Shown: piece after piece, positions 24,894 to 36,849 of the stretch | Layout: each line of letters starts with the position of its first letter | How positions within the stretch are numbered: the stretch's first letter is position 1 | From: Tubulanus polymorphus | Taxonomy: Eukaryota; Animalia; Nemertea | NCBI RefSeq assembly: GCF_964204645.1 | Contig: NC_134028.1 | Span: 6,324,001-6,388,000, forward strand | Direction: 5' to 3' | DNA: 64,000 bases | Program-made: the position numbers and the translations under genes | Notes under the pieces: generated by a model | Told to the model about the DNA's origin: nothing | What the model saw: only the letters and a program-made list of their open reading frames with translations | Databases searched by the model: none

Positions 24894-25910
24894 ATGTTGA
24901 AGTTTGTTGTACTGATGATGATGTGTATGGCGAGTACTGCCTACAGTGGTCGAATCATTCTGAATGAAGACGAAATTATGGGCACTTGCACAAAATCCTG
25001 TGACAAAGTGGGGACATTTTATGACAAGCACGGCTGCACAAAACTATCCGATTGTCATAAAAGTAATGCTGGCTGGACCAGGGGATTCGTTCGTTGCGAT
25101 TACTGCAACTGTGAGTGTACCAAAAAGAAGACAACGGTTGATATTCGAGAGACTACATCGCCAATCAGTAAAACAGAACCTGAATTATACGGGACATGTA
25201 CAGGAGACTGTAATCACGCAGGTGTTGTCCGCACGAATATATGGGGATGCGAACAAGTTAGAAACTGTTTAAAGAACACTAACGGTTGGACTCGAGGTTT
25301 CGTGCGCTGTGACTACTGCCATTGCGACTGCGTGAAAAAGACCAAAGCGCAGGAATATCAGTTGAAAAACGTAAAATACTACATTGAAAAGGCGAAAGTA
25401 ATCAAAAGCACTCCGGTCAAAATGGCCCGTACGGTTATTACAAATCGCGGCGATAAAGAACAAGAAATCACACGTACATTGGCCGTCACTCATGAGTCTA
25501 GCACGTCACTGAGTTCTGAAAGAAGAATGGATACGAGCTTGACGATCGAAGTATCGGCCAGTGTTTCCGTCGGAATGAAAGCAGTAGAAATCGGGGCATC
25601 GACGACAGTTTCTACTTCAATAGGCGTCGGATTTTCGATCACTGCACAGGAGACACAGACAAAATCGATCACCGACACGATAGAGGCGAATGCAAAAGTT
25701 CCAGGAAAACATTCCAAGGAGGTTTTGGTTACTGGGCGACAAATGAGACTGGAAATTCCATACGTTGCAGACGTGGTAACATATTACGAAGACGGAAGCA
25801 CCAAAACTGACAAAAACGTTAACGGTACATTCAAAAACGTCGATATGGGAGATTTTCATGTAGAATACGAAAAGTCTACGCCTTTAGAATCCGATTCCAC
25901 ATCTTCATGA
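24894..25910 (+). CDS. Secreted aerolysin/ETX-MTX2(natterin)-like beta-pore-forming protein with two N-terminal 8-Cys repeats, copy 1
   Basis: Signal peptide MLKFVVLMMMCMASTAYS; two repeats GTCTxxC..GC..C..GWTRGFVRCDYCxCxC; C-terminal half YQLKNVKY..ITNRGDKEQ..Ser/Thr-rich strands flanking an amphipathic hairpin (LTIEVSASVSVGMKAVEIGASTTVSTSIGVGFS)..KVPG..EIPYVA..GTFKNV, the typical aerolysin-fold layout. Confidence 0.85.
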   Translation: MLKFVVLMMMCMASTAYSGRIILNEDEIMGTCTKSCDKVGTFYDKHGCTKLSDCHKSNAGWTRGFVRCDYCNCECTKKKTTVDIRETTSPISKTEPELYGTCTGDCNHAGVVRTNIWGCEQVRNCLKNTNGWTRGFVRCDYCHCDCVKKTKAQEYQLKNVKYYIEKAKVIKSTPVKMARTVITNRGDKEQEITRTLAVTHESSTSLSSERRMDTSLTIEVSASVSVGMKAVEIGASTTVSTSIGVGFSITAQETQTKSITDTIEANAKVPGKHSKEVLVTGRQMRLEIPYVADVVTYYEDGSTKTDKNVNGTFKNVDMGDFHVEYEKSTPLESDSTSS

Positions 25911-26264
25911 TTTCATCCATAGCGATTGAAGCAGGAAATTATGCATGTATTTGGAAACATTTCACGTTGTCTAATTTCCAAATAATGATAGTAGATTTAG
26001 GAAAATAAATGTTGTTTATGCGAAAAAGCATTCGTTTTTATTTCTTTGTGGCTTTTAAGAAATTTCTAAACATTGATAAAAACCATTTGGATTTGAACGA
26101 AGCGCCGTGGAACGGAAGAAAACACCTTTGCTGCAAACAAGGAACAATCTGATACTTATGCGACATCATGGCCATCTTTCAAGGGAAACAGTTTTAAACT
26201 GGTTAGTCAAAAGTGAAGACAATAAGATGGAAAAACTCTCTTTTATTCAAGAAAATAATTCCAT

Positions 26265-26528
26265 ACTAAGATTGAATATGGATGGGCTCGCGCCGCGCGT
26301 AACGGTCTATGCGTCGCTCATAACAACCATACACCCTGCAATAATTGAAAAATGGATTCATTTAACTAGATTAAAATCAAACAGAAAAAAAAAACATTTA
26401 ACACCTATATAATAATACTCATTTAGATAGACTAATAAAATCATTCATTTTTGTAGCTTGATGACGGTACTTACAATACAAATATCTCCGCTACAGGTAA
26501 TATTAAACTGTTCATGAAGAAAACGAAA
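26265..26528 (-). pseudogene. Duplicated 3' fragment of the SLC46-like gene (intact last exon plus the end of the penultimate exon)
   Basis: Minus strand: acceptor TTGCAG then VYGCYERRIDRYARREPIHIQS*, versus VYVCYERRIDRYERREPFHIQS* at 30131-30062. Confidence 0.75.
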
Positions 26529-27449
26529 CATGCTCTTTTCGTGACTTGTGTTCAATTAAATTTTCTATTCTCATTCTACAATTTGTACGTGAATACTTTC
26601 AACGATAGCATTTGTTTCTTTTCATTCCGTTTTTCATAATGATTTTGTAATATTTAGATCTTCATTTTATCGCGACGGGTGCTTCCGCTTTTAAAATCTT
26701 CCTTTATTACTTCCGATTTTTTAATCTTCATTAATTTATTCATTCTTTATGACTTCTCCCTACAAAATCGGAAGAATTGTATCCTTAGAGACTTTTTATC
26801 TCGATTTTTAATGACTTTGCAAAACCACCTGTCGCAGTATATTTCCTTTTTGAAATATACCTTTTATCGGCTTTTAGTGACTTGTTCAAGTGACTTGTAG
26901 TAGACTTCAACTGGAAATTCCCCATACCAGGTACCGGTATCGATCTTACACGTACTTGTTGGAATCAGGTATTTATGTTTTTCATATTTTGTTTTGATTT
27001 GTGTTCTTTGCATCAATTTAATTGGGGGGGGGGGGGTGGTCATGGGTACCATGGTACGTTCCTAAGAGGGGGGTCAGTGAATTTGGCACAAAGGTGGTAA
27101 AAGGGGGTCAGAAAAACGGGAGATTTTGAGATACGTAATTTCTGGACGCTCCCTTGTGTGAGATCGTATTGAGACAGATTTTCATCAAAAATTCTGGATT
27201 TTAATCAAGGGGGACATCTTAGGCTTTTTTGATTTTTTGGAGCACGGATTCTCAGAAATTCTGCCAACAACTTCATGCCAAAGATAGGTAGGCCTATGCG
27301 TTTCAATTCATAATTCGATAAAAGACATTTTTTCTGGATATTCCATCCTTATTTTCGATCTAATTATCTGTCAAAAGTCAGTCTTCTCCCATCATTTGAA
27401 TTCAATCCAATAGTTCTCACTATTTTTCATTTGTTTTGCCTATTATCTC

Positions 27450-28350
27450 TAATGTAGAGTACTTAAGTTAAATTTAGATGCTGATAAAACATACTCATGT
27501 AAATTTAAGAAAGTTTATATTGAGAATTTCGTTTCTTGTTAGATATAGTGATTATGGAGAATTTAAAGATGATATTGAATCAAATGAAAAATTAATAGAA
27601 TATTTAACAGCTCCTGGTAGGAAAGTAATTAAAGCCAGACTAGAGAGAAAATATTCAATAACAAGATTAGAAAAAACAAAAAACATTTATCTAATTTATC
27701 ATCTATATGTTGTTTTGAAATAATATGTTGTGAATGAGAATTCATATTATATTGGTTTATCTTCAGATTTCATAAATTTAACTTTAGCAGATATACTTAT
27801 TTTTGGAAATTCTACATCTGTAATTATTTTCATAATATTTTCCATAATATCTAATATATCTTAAATTGTTCTATAGACTTACCTTTATGAAATCTAAATT
27901 CAATAGCTGCTGGACCTATATCACTTTTAAATGCTTCAGTTATTTCAATATCTTTCTTAATATCTAATGAATTAATATATAATCTAACATTTTCCATATA
28001 TGATTTCTTATAATTTAGAGTATCCCGTATTCTTTTAATTGTGCATTGTTTTTTATTATTATCTGAATAATTTTCACCTAAAATATAATCATTAATATTG
28101 CTAATATGATTTTAAATGTTGTTTGTAATATCTTTTTTTCACTGAATGATTGATTACATGTATCACATTTATTTATTTCTTTTTCATTCTTTAATTCCTC
28201 TAATTTAGTTTCTAATATATCATCTTATATTCTAATTTCAATCTATTTTCTAAGTGAGATTTTGTATTATTATGTCTTGCTTTTTTAGATTTATCTATAT
28301 TAATTTTACATGCTTGACAGTAGTACTTCTTATTTGCTTCCATTACCTCA
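27450..28350 (-). mobile_element. Very AT-rich insertion with a decayed Zn-finger ORF (possible Maverick/Polinton- or virus-like remnant)
   Basis: Abrupt composition shift; MEANKKYYCQACKINIDKSKKARHNNTKSH, then in another frame a CDTCNQSF motif and Lys/Asn/Ile-rich sequence broken by stops. Family assignment is inference. Confidence 0.4.
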
Positions 28351-28739
28351 ACGCGTCCACGCCACGTATGATGCAATAGAAACAGCTGTGTATTTATACT
28401 ATTCAAACGTTATTTCACCTTATTGTTAAATATTAGCTGTTACATGAGTAGTTGCGCAATATGGTAAAAGATTTCAATTAACACCGAAAAGCAATAATAA
28501 GGGCTGCGTCTTGAGACTTGTATATGGCATTCATTTATATGATATTCATATATATGGAATTATTAGAGTAATTGTAAATGTCTTGTTTCAGGTCAGAGGT
28601 TGAAAGGTTGAGTGAATAGAAAATGAAAATAAATTCGAGCGTGCGAGAATTTATTTTCATTTTTATGAGCTCGACCATTACTATTATATTTTTTAGAATC
28701 TTCGCGATGTTGATGTTTGTTGCATCGATGATAATGTGA

Positions 28740-29699
28740 ATGGCGAGTACTGCCTACAGTGACCGAATCATTTTGAATGAAGTCGAAATTATGGGCACTT
28801 GCACAAAATCCTGTTACAGAGTGGGGACATTTTATGACAAGCACGGCTGCACAGAATTGTCCGATTGTCATAAAAGTAGTACTGGCTGGATCAGGGGATT
28901 CGTCTATTGCGATTACTGCAACTGTGAGTGTACCAAAAAGAAGACAACGGTTGATATTCGAAGGACTACATCGCCAATCAGTAAAACAGAACCAGAATTA
29001 TACGGGACATGTACAGGACACTGTAATCACGCAGGTGTTGTCCGCACGAATATATGGGGATGCGAACAAGTTAAAAACTGTCGAAAGAACACCCGCGGTT
29101 GGATTCGATTTTTCGTGCGCTGTGACTACTGTCATTGCGACTGCGTGAAAACGACCAAAGCGCAGGAATATCAGTTGAAAAACGTAAAATACTACATTGA
29201 CCAGGCGAAAGTAATCAAAGACACTCCGATCAAAATGGCCCGCACGGTCATTACAAATAATGGCGATCAAGAACAAGAAATCACACGTACATTGGCCGTC
29301 ACTCATGAGTCTAGCACGTCACTGAGTTCTGAAAGAAGAATGGATTCGAGCTTGACGATCGAAGTATCAGCCGGTGTTTCCGTCGGAACGAAAGCAGTAA
29401 TCGGGGTATCGACGACAGTTTCTACTACAATAAGCCTCGGATTTTCGATCACAGCGCAGGAGACACAGACAAAATCGATCACCGACACGATAGAGGCGAA
29501 TGCAAAAGTTCCAGGAAAACATTCCAAGGAGGTTTTGGTTACTGGGCGACAAATGAGACTGGAAATTCCATACGTTGCAGACGTGGTAACATCATACGAA
29601 GACGGAAGTACCAAAACTGACAAAAACGTTAAAGGTACATTCAAAAACGTCGATATGGGAGATTTTCATGTAGAATACAAAAAGGCTACGCCTTTATAA
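28740..29699 (+). CDS. Aerolysin-like beta-pore-forming protein, copy 2, signal peptide interrupted (leaderless variant or young pseudogene)
   Basis: Paralogous ATG 28707 is followed by in-frame TGA 28737-28739 (TGT in copy 1), then ATG 28740 opens an uninterrupted 319-aa ORF with all 16 Cys retained. Confidence 0.7.
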   Translation: MASTAYSDRIILNEVEIMGTCTKSCYRVGTFYDKHGCTELSDCHKSSTGWIRGFVYCDYCNCECTKKKTTVDIRRTTSPISKTEPELYGTCTGHCNHAGVVRTNIWGCEQVKNCRKNTRGWIRFFVRCDYCHCDCVKTTKAQEYQLKNVKYYIDQAKVIKDTPIKMARTVITNNGDQEQEITRTLAVTHESSTSLSSERRMDSSLTIEVSAGVSVGTKAVIGVSTTVSTTISLGFSITAQETQTKSITDTIEANAKVPGKHSKEVLVTGRQMRLEIPYVADVVTSYEDGSTKTDKNVKGTFKNVDMGDFHVEYKKATPL

Positions 29700-30061
29700 T
29701 GAGATTCCACATCTTCATGATTTCATCCATAGCGATTGAAGCAGGAAATTATGCATGTATTTGGAAATATTTCACAATGTCTAATTTCTCAATAATGATA
29801 GTAGATTTAGGAAAATAAATGTTGCATACGCGAAAATACATTCGTTTTTATTTCTTTATGGCTTTGAAGAAATTTCTAAATATTGATGAAAACCATTTGG
29901 ATTTGAACGAAGCGCCGTGGAACGGAAGAAAAACACCTTTGCCGTAAAAAACGATCAGTCTAATATCTATGCGACATCATTGCCGCCTTTCAAGCAAGGT
30001 ATTCAAAAGCGAAGACAATAAGATGGAAAAACTCTCTTTTATTCAAGAAAATAATTCTATA

Positions 30062-32185
30062 CTAAGATTGAATATGGAAGGGCTCGCGCCGTTCGTAACG
30101 GTCTATGCGTCGCTCATAACAAACATACACCCTGCAATAATGAATAATGGATTCGTTTAACTAGATTAAAATCAAACAGAAAAAAACAAAACATTTAATA
30201 CCTATATAATAACACTCATTTAGATATACTAATAAAATCATGAATTTTTGTAGCTTGATGACGGTACTTACAATACAAATATCACCGCTACAGTTAATAT
30301 TAAACTGTTCATGAAGAAAACGAAGCCTGGATTGATGCTAACCGTTATTTCATACACTTCAGACATGACGGGAGTGGCAATAAGCATGCATATAGCTTCG
30401 ACACAAGCCGTTAATGCAAATACAGCCCCTATACAGAATGAGAAAAAAATTGCAAATTCGTACAAAACTGTAGGGACTTTGCCAACGAAACATTGAAATA
30501 TGCTGGCGAATATTAAAAACGATTAACAACATTTCTAAATACAGCGGCCAATACAGATGGATGTTTTTATAATATTTTCACTGCATGGCCAATTGAAAAT
30601 TGCACATTCTTATTCCGAAATGAGAGGACGATTCGGGAGTGGGCGTACGGATAGGGAAAATTTGCATTTACAGTACGCGAGTACACATTGCTAAGAAAGT
30701 TCACCCAACCTTACCGAGTTCATGGGCGTGAACCAAATGCGATAATAATGCTCGATACATAGCCACAATGGCCGACACCATACCACCGATAACGCAAGCT
30801 GAAAAAAAGATTATTACAAGCTGAGTAATATTTTTTGTAGTGAAAACGTGTTATTTAGGGATCATAACCTTGAAGTAATCAGACTGAAGTCTTTACCTAA
30901 CTCATATAGACTGGTTCATTATCAGTGTCCCCTATTATGAAATTGTTAAATTCACACGTTTTCACTATGATGTTAAATATTTTAAGGAAATAATCATTAT
31001 TCTTCAACAGAACATACCTAAATACAATTCCCATTCATGCTCGCTAAATGAAAATAAAAGTAAGGACGCCATGCTTGAAAATATTCCGATGAGTGAAATC
31101 CACATTTCGGACAAACAGAATTTGAATATCTTCACCGAAATTACGCTGATTACTTGATTCGCGACGGCACCGATAGCTCCGAAGATTCCCAATTTTATCG
31201 GTCCCCAACAAAACGGTATGTTCATCAAGAATAATAGACGCACATTAACTGTTGATACGTTTGTAAACACCACTAGAAAAATCAGAATATTTAGAAATAC
31301 TATTTTAATTCTACGCCCGTTTTCTTTGGTTTTCAGGACTGAAAGGATCGCCTTCAATTCGGTGATCATAGAAAATCGAGCTTCCTTGTTCTTTTCGACG
31401 ATCAATGTCTCAGGAACGAAAAATACGATGTAAATCAAGTTCAAAATTAAAAGTCCGATTAACGCTAAATATGGGTAAAGAAAGCCGCTCGCATCTATCC
31501 AGTAACCTAGTCCTAGTTGAGAGACGGCCATCGAAAACATTATCAAACCTTCCAAAATGGTTATTCGAATAGCTCTTTCCATCGGCGAGGTTATATCAGA
31601 AATATATATGAAAGCGACCATAAACATGGCTGCAATTGATCCGCCGAAACCGTCCAGACCCGCGGCCAAAACCAGAACATAGACGGGTAACTTGAAATAT
31701 ATCACGAACGCATTCAGAATGAATTTCAGCAATGTAAAAACACTAGGAACGATGAATGCTATTCTTCTGCCAGCCCGGTCTGAGTATGATCCCAAAAATG
31801 GCACGACGAAAATGGACAAAACGGATCCGGCTAATGAGATGTATTGCAACCATTTCGCCGTGTGTTCTTGCATGTATAGAATGGCGATCGATGTCGAATC
31901 GTTGGTACTACTGAAATTGCAACGGTTGACGCCATCTTTCAGGTAACTACTATTCCCGAATCTGGAGTAGAGATACTGCTGCGATACCGGCAAATTTCCT
32001 ATTACCGCCGTACAATATAGAAAGACGATCGGCTCGACCACTACCCGGCGACGAGGTATCACCACGCTGTGGGATCGTCTCAATTTCTGGTGATGTCGGA
32101 TCAGGTTTGTTTCTTCGTCATCCGGCTCCTCACTCTCTTCATTGTTGATAGTTTCAACTTCATTCGACAATAATGGTCTCTTCAT
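30062..32185 (-). CDS. SLC46 family MFS transporter (proton-coupled folate transporter/SLC46A3-like)
   Basis: Exons 32185-31018, 30798-30715, 30428-30272, 30131-30062; motifs VVEPIVFLY, GSYSDRAGRR, YISDITSPMERAIR, FFVPET, PFCWGP; about 12 hydrophobic segments. Confidence 0.92.
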
Positions 32186-33187
32186 TTTGACAAAGAATAT
32201 ACAAGGATCGGAAACCTGAAAAATGAAACCCAAGGCCTGTGTAATGAAAAAAGATACGACCATCTTCTGCGTGACAATCTAATGTGGTGAAATTGTTGGC
32301 AGTCAACTGTGAAACTGTGAACTGTTTTGTTTCCGTTGCGCTAGGTGGCCGCTTAGGATGCCCCATGACGTCAATCCCTATAACCCATGATTAATCAACG
32401 TACGCTCCAACCTCGTCGCACGTATACAGTTTTTAAAGGTCGTGATTCAGATCAATGTCATATTCACTCTCGAGCTTATCAATATGTCCTATATGACTTT
32501 TCGTTTGTGCAAAACTGTAAACGACTGATTGCTGGGTCAAATGTGGCCTTTTATTGAAACTTAGCAAAACGTATACTTGAACTTAAAAAACTCATGAAAG
32601 TTACAACTCATTTTCGACAGACACGCATATTTGGCGGTTCGCTAGAAACGAGTGGATAGTTTTGTTATTTCTTAATGGTTGCAAATTATATATTCTGATA
32701 CAGTCAATGTCCATTATAACACAATGCCACCCAATGCCGCTGAAAAGCCAACAATTTCCAGAGAAAGAATTTGCTCAATCTAACTCAGATACAGGTATAT
32801 TCCTTATAACGCCATGTTTTTCACTGGTCCCAACAGTGGCATTTTATAAAGGACTGTTACTGTATTATCATATATCTTTTCCTTTTTTAAAACAGAAAGC
32901 CCACAACAAGCTTTACGCTTTACAGTGCTCGCTGTTCATACCTTATTCATACAACTATTACACCTAGACAGACCCCTCCGATTCTGAATTTGAAGACCCG
33001 CCTATATGCCATTTTCACGCGGTTTACAACTATTCTGCTTTGCCGCGGGCGGGTTTCCGAACATCGCGAGAACCCTGCCGTGGACTAATGTTATACGTAC
33101 GTTCCAAATAAAAGAGATAAAAGCAATAAAAGAAATGAAACTTTAATGGTTCTGTTTATAGTCTGAAATGAATCAGGAAATTTTGAT

Positions 33188-35822
33188 GATTTGGTTTTGA
33201 ACTCATCAGAAGACATGATCCCGGAAGTCAGGATTGCAGAATTGATGATTTGAGTCATTCAATTGTGGTATAGAATGAGTACATTATCGAGGTCATATAT
33301 ATGTAAATCGGTCCACCGGTCCTAAGTCTCTGAAACCGAAACATTAAGCGCTCAATATATACACCTTACCTTTATTTTAATTAACGTTCGAATCCATTCC
33401 GTCGCGGGACTAAGACTCTCTCAATGTTATATACACAACTACACATTTTATGTGCATAGCGGACTTTTATGTGTATTCTATAGCTGTCGCGTGATCCAGC
33501 TATCAGTAATCAACAGTACTGTGCCAGCCAGTACTGCGTTAATGAAGTGTGCTAGTTATGTAAATACGTAAGGGGGTAGAATTAATTCAAAATTGTGAAT
33601 AAAATGTGTTATTGTTATATTTATCGATAAGTTCCATCATATAAATATTTTTCGATTATGGTGGTCTTTGCTAATTGGTCAGTCATGCCCCGTCCAGTTT
33701 GAGTGCAATGGCGCGAAAATTCACGATTCGACTCCAAGAATATTGCGGGGAATACTGTCAATTTCAAACTGCCCGGGGCCGTTTCGTACTAAAATTGTTT
33801 CGCTTTACTCTCAACGAAGTTGACCACACCATAGACATTCTATTAACAAATATCGAGGATTCTGATTATCCACTTAACTGTCGGCCGGTTGCGTATACCC
33901 CCAGTTTCCGTAATATTATATCCGCTCGACATAAATGGCTAAATGTCAAAAACTCGGGGTGGAATTTTACCGGTCTCAACTTTACCGCAGTAAGGGACGA
34001 GAGTCTACTGTATTTCACAAACTCTTCCTCGACCCAACCCGACGTCTCACAGGGGCGCATGTAGCCTTCGGTTAAAGGGGTGTCGCACATGGAACATTGG
34101 GTCACCATTGACACGCGTTTATGTACTGTAATGACAACGCAGCCGTCATCAGCCAAAAGCGGGGGTCTGGGCGTCCTCCCAATAAAAAATTTGAAAAAAT
34201 AGACGCATTTAGATCTTTTAAACTTAAAATAGGGATTGTCCCCATTATTTATTCATTTGGCTGGTAAATTTTGTTTGATTTTTCGATTGAGTGTCCCTTA
34301 CAGACCCACCACACCTGCCGGGAGCGAAACAGGGGGTTTGATTTTGAAATCGGAAATCGAAGTACAGATATAGATGTGTGATCGGCGGTCGAGTTAACAG
34401 AATATTTTTAAATCGAAGTACATAATTGGAAATTCGGTTCCGGTTCATCCAAACAATCTTCCATTCAGTCTGAACCGGCAAGCGACTGATTGGGATGAAT
34501 TTTTCAGGCTGCCTAATTTAATACAATGAGATTCTGGAAATAGCTATATTACAAGATCATTTTGTCCATTTTTATATTTTTTTGGTCGTTTTCTAGATCT
34601 TTAACGACTCGTTGCAAGCAGGGAGCTCGTTGCAACCCCTTCGCTGCAGGGCTTTGATTAACAATGTGTGACAAATTCGCCTATCCACCGGTGGGCAGGG
34701 CGGTGGTAAAGCTCTTCCGCCTTCGTGTATGCACGCGATTAAACTTTATACTTAAAAATTTTATATTTTCAAACACCGCAAAAATGATCGTCAATGAAAA
34801 ATCTATAGATGGCACAAATTTCGGAATGAATGAGATAACGACATAAAGAAAAAACAAAGTATATTGTATGAATACATTGTATAATCTCATGGTTTGGTTT
34901 TGAACTCATCAGTAGAAATGTTCCCGGAATCCAGGAATGCAGCATTAAATTTGAGTTATTGCGGGAGTAGAATGAATACATTTTGGAGGTCAAATGTAAA
35001 TCGGTCCTGCGGTCCCTGTCTCTTAAACCGAAACATCAAGCGCTCAATATATATATAATCCTTACCTTTAATTCACGTTCGAATCCATTCCGTTGCGAGA
35101 CTAAGACGTTCTGTGCATAACGGGTCTTTATGTTAGTACCGTCGCGTGTGAACAGTACTGTGCCAGCCAGCACTGTGTTTATGAAGTGTGTGCTAGTTAT
35201 GTAAATATGTAAGGGAGGTAAAATTAATTCAAAATTGTGAACAAAATGTGTTACGTATTTATTGATATGCATATAAATATATTTCGCTTACAGTGGGGGT
35301 TTTGCTAATTGCTCACGTGCCCATCCACTTTGAGTGCAATAGCGCGAAAAATCACGATCCGATTCAAAGAATATTCCGCTGTATATTGTCAATTTCTAAA
35401 CGGGGGCCGTTTCGTGCCAAAATTGTATCGCTTTACTCTCAACAAGGTTGACCACACCGTAGATATTCTATTAACAAATTTCGAGGGTTCTGAGTGAGGC
35501 AAAATTATACGTATACCCCCAGTTGCCGTAATACTATATCCGCTCGACATAAGACGGCTAATTTCACTAACTCGGGCAGAATTTTGCCGGTCTCAACTTA
35601 ACCGCAGTAAGAAACTGAGTCTATCTGTATTTCCCAAACTCTTCCTCGACCCAACCCGACGTCCAACGCAGGGGCGCATGTAGCCTTCTTTGGGAAAGGG
35701 GGTGTCGCACATGGAATATTGACTGACACCGTTTGTGGCTCATAATGACAACGCAGCCATCATCAGCCATAAGCGGGGGTCTGGGGTCGTCCCAAAAGAA
35801 AATTGCAAAAGATTAGATGCAT
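33188..35822 (+). repeat. Two diverged ~1-kb direct repeats (about 33188-34210 and 34890-35822)
   Basis: Collinear similarity from TTTGGTTTTGAACTCATCAG to GCGGGGGTCTGGG. The spacer holds pieces also seen at about 23745-23915 and 60723-60830. Confidence 0.85.
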
Positions 35823-36673
35823 CTAGCGTAGGTCCATTTTGAACACTTTGAAGACTCGTTGCAAGCCGTATCCGCAGGTAACCAATGTTTCTACTACTCG
35901 GGACAATTCCTGTTGATCAACTGGTGGCTAACTTTGGTGAAAAAGCGATATATACCCGAAAACATAATCTAAACATCGAAACTTACGCTAAAAACGTCTA
36001 TTTATTTTATTCAATTTTAATATTATATATAAATCACACCATAGGCAAATCATACAAAACTCGTACTATGAAATGGCAGACTAGAGGATTGCAAATAAGT
36101 AGCGGAAATTTAAAAAATATCGTTTTAATACATCAGTTGGTAAAGGCAATACTTCATGATTAGACATGGGGACTGGGACCTGTCAATCAAATCCAACTTT
36201 ACTATCTTGCGGAAAATGCGGCTGCCGGTTTTGTTTCGACGTTTTACATATCAAAATATAAGCTATTTTTTGTATTGTACCATTGCATCATTACGTATTA
36301 AAATAATTAGATGTATAACAATTCTCTGATACTAAAAATAGTTTAACATTCATGAAATTTTCTTCATTCTCTACTAACATTCATAAATGAAATACAAAGA
36401 TTTTAACACACTACATTATTATAGTATCACAAATCTAATGGAGCGAGAAAATCAATAGAATTTGCTTCGTAACACATTGGTCCCTGCATCTCCAAATTCG
36501 ATGATAGAAAAATACATAGCAATTTTTTTTTTGCTAGTGCCAAACGGGGTCGGATCACAAGGGTTATGACACGCCATTTAAGGGTATTTTTGATAAATAA
36601 AAATTTGGAGGCATTCTAGCAATTGAAGCGTTGCTTTTGAAAATTCACGGATTGCTGAGAAGCATTGGAGGTA

Positions 36674-36849
36674 CAGTGGAAGCTCGTTATAACGAACTCG
36701 GATACAATGATTCATCGGATATAACAAATATAGAATTTCGTCCCAAGTAAGACAATTTAATTTATTTCATACTGGATATAACGAACTATCAGTTATAAAG
36801 AACATATTTTCTGGTCCCATGCAGTTCATTGTAACGAGGTCCGGCACTG
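36674..36849. mobile_element. Tc1/mariner(pogo)-type MITE
   Basis: TA|CAGTGGAAGCTCGTTATAACGAAC...GTAACGAGGTCCGGCACTG|TA. Confidence 0.75.

Larger units (their letters stand above)
24870..26528 (+). repeat. Tandem segmental duplication, unit 1 (unit 2 at about 28684-30324)
   Basis: High identity from the toxin splice acceptor through its 3' UTR and into the 3' exons of the SLC46 gene; similarity ends at ..TTCATGAAGAAAACGAA. Confidence 0.92.

Noticed and set aside
28737-28739. Selenocysteine interpretation of the TGA as a firm call
   Set aside because: It lies in a cleavable leader rather than a redox motif, and I could not identify a SECIS by eye; kept only as a minor alternative.
33675-34064. 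129-aa ORF in the 1-kb repeat
   Set aside because: Non-ATG start, disrupted in the second copy, no recognisable domain.
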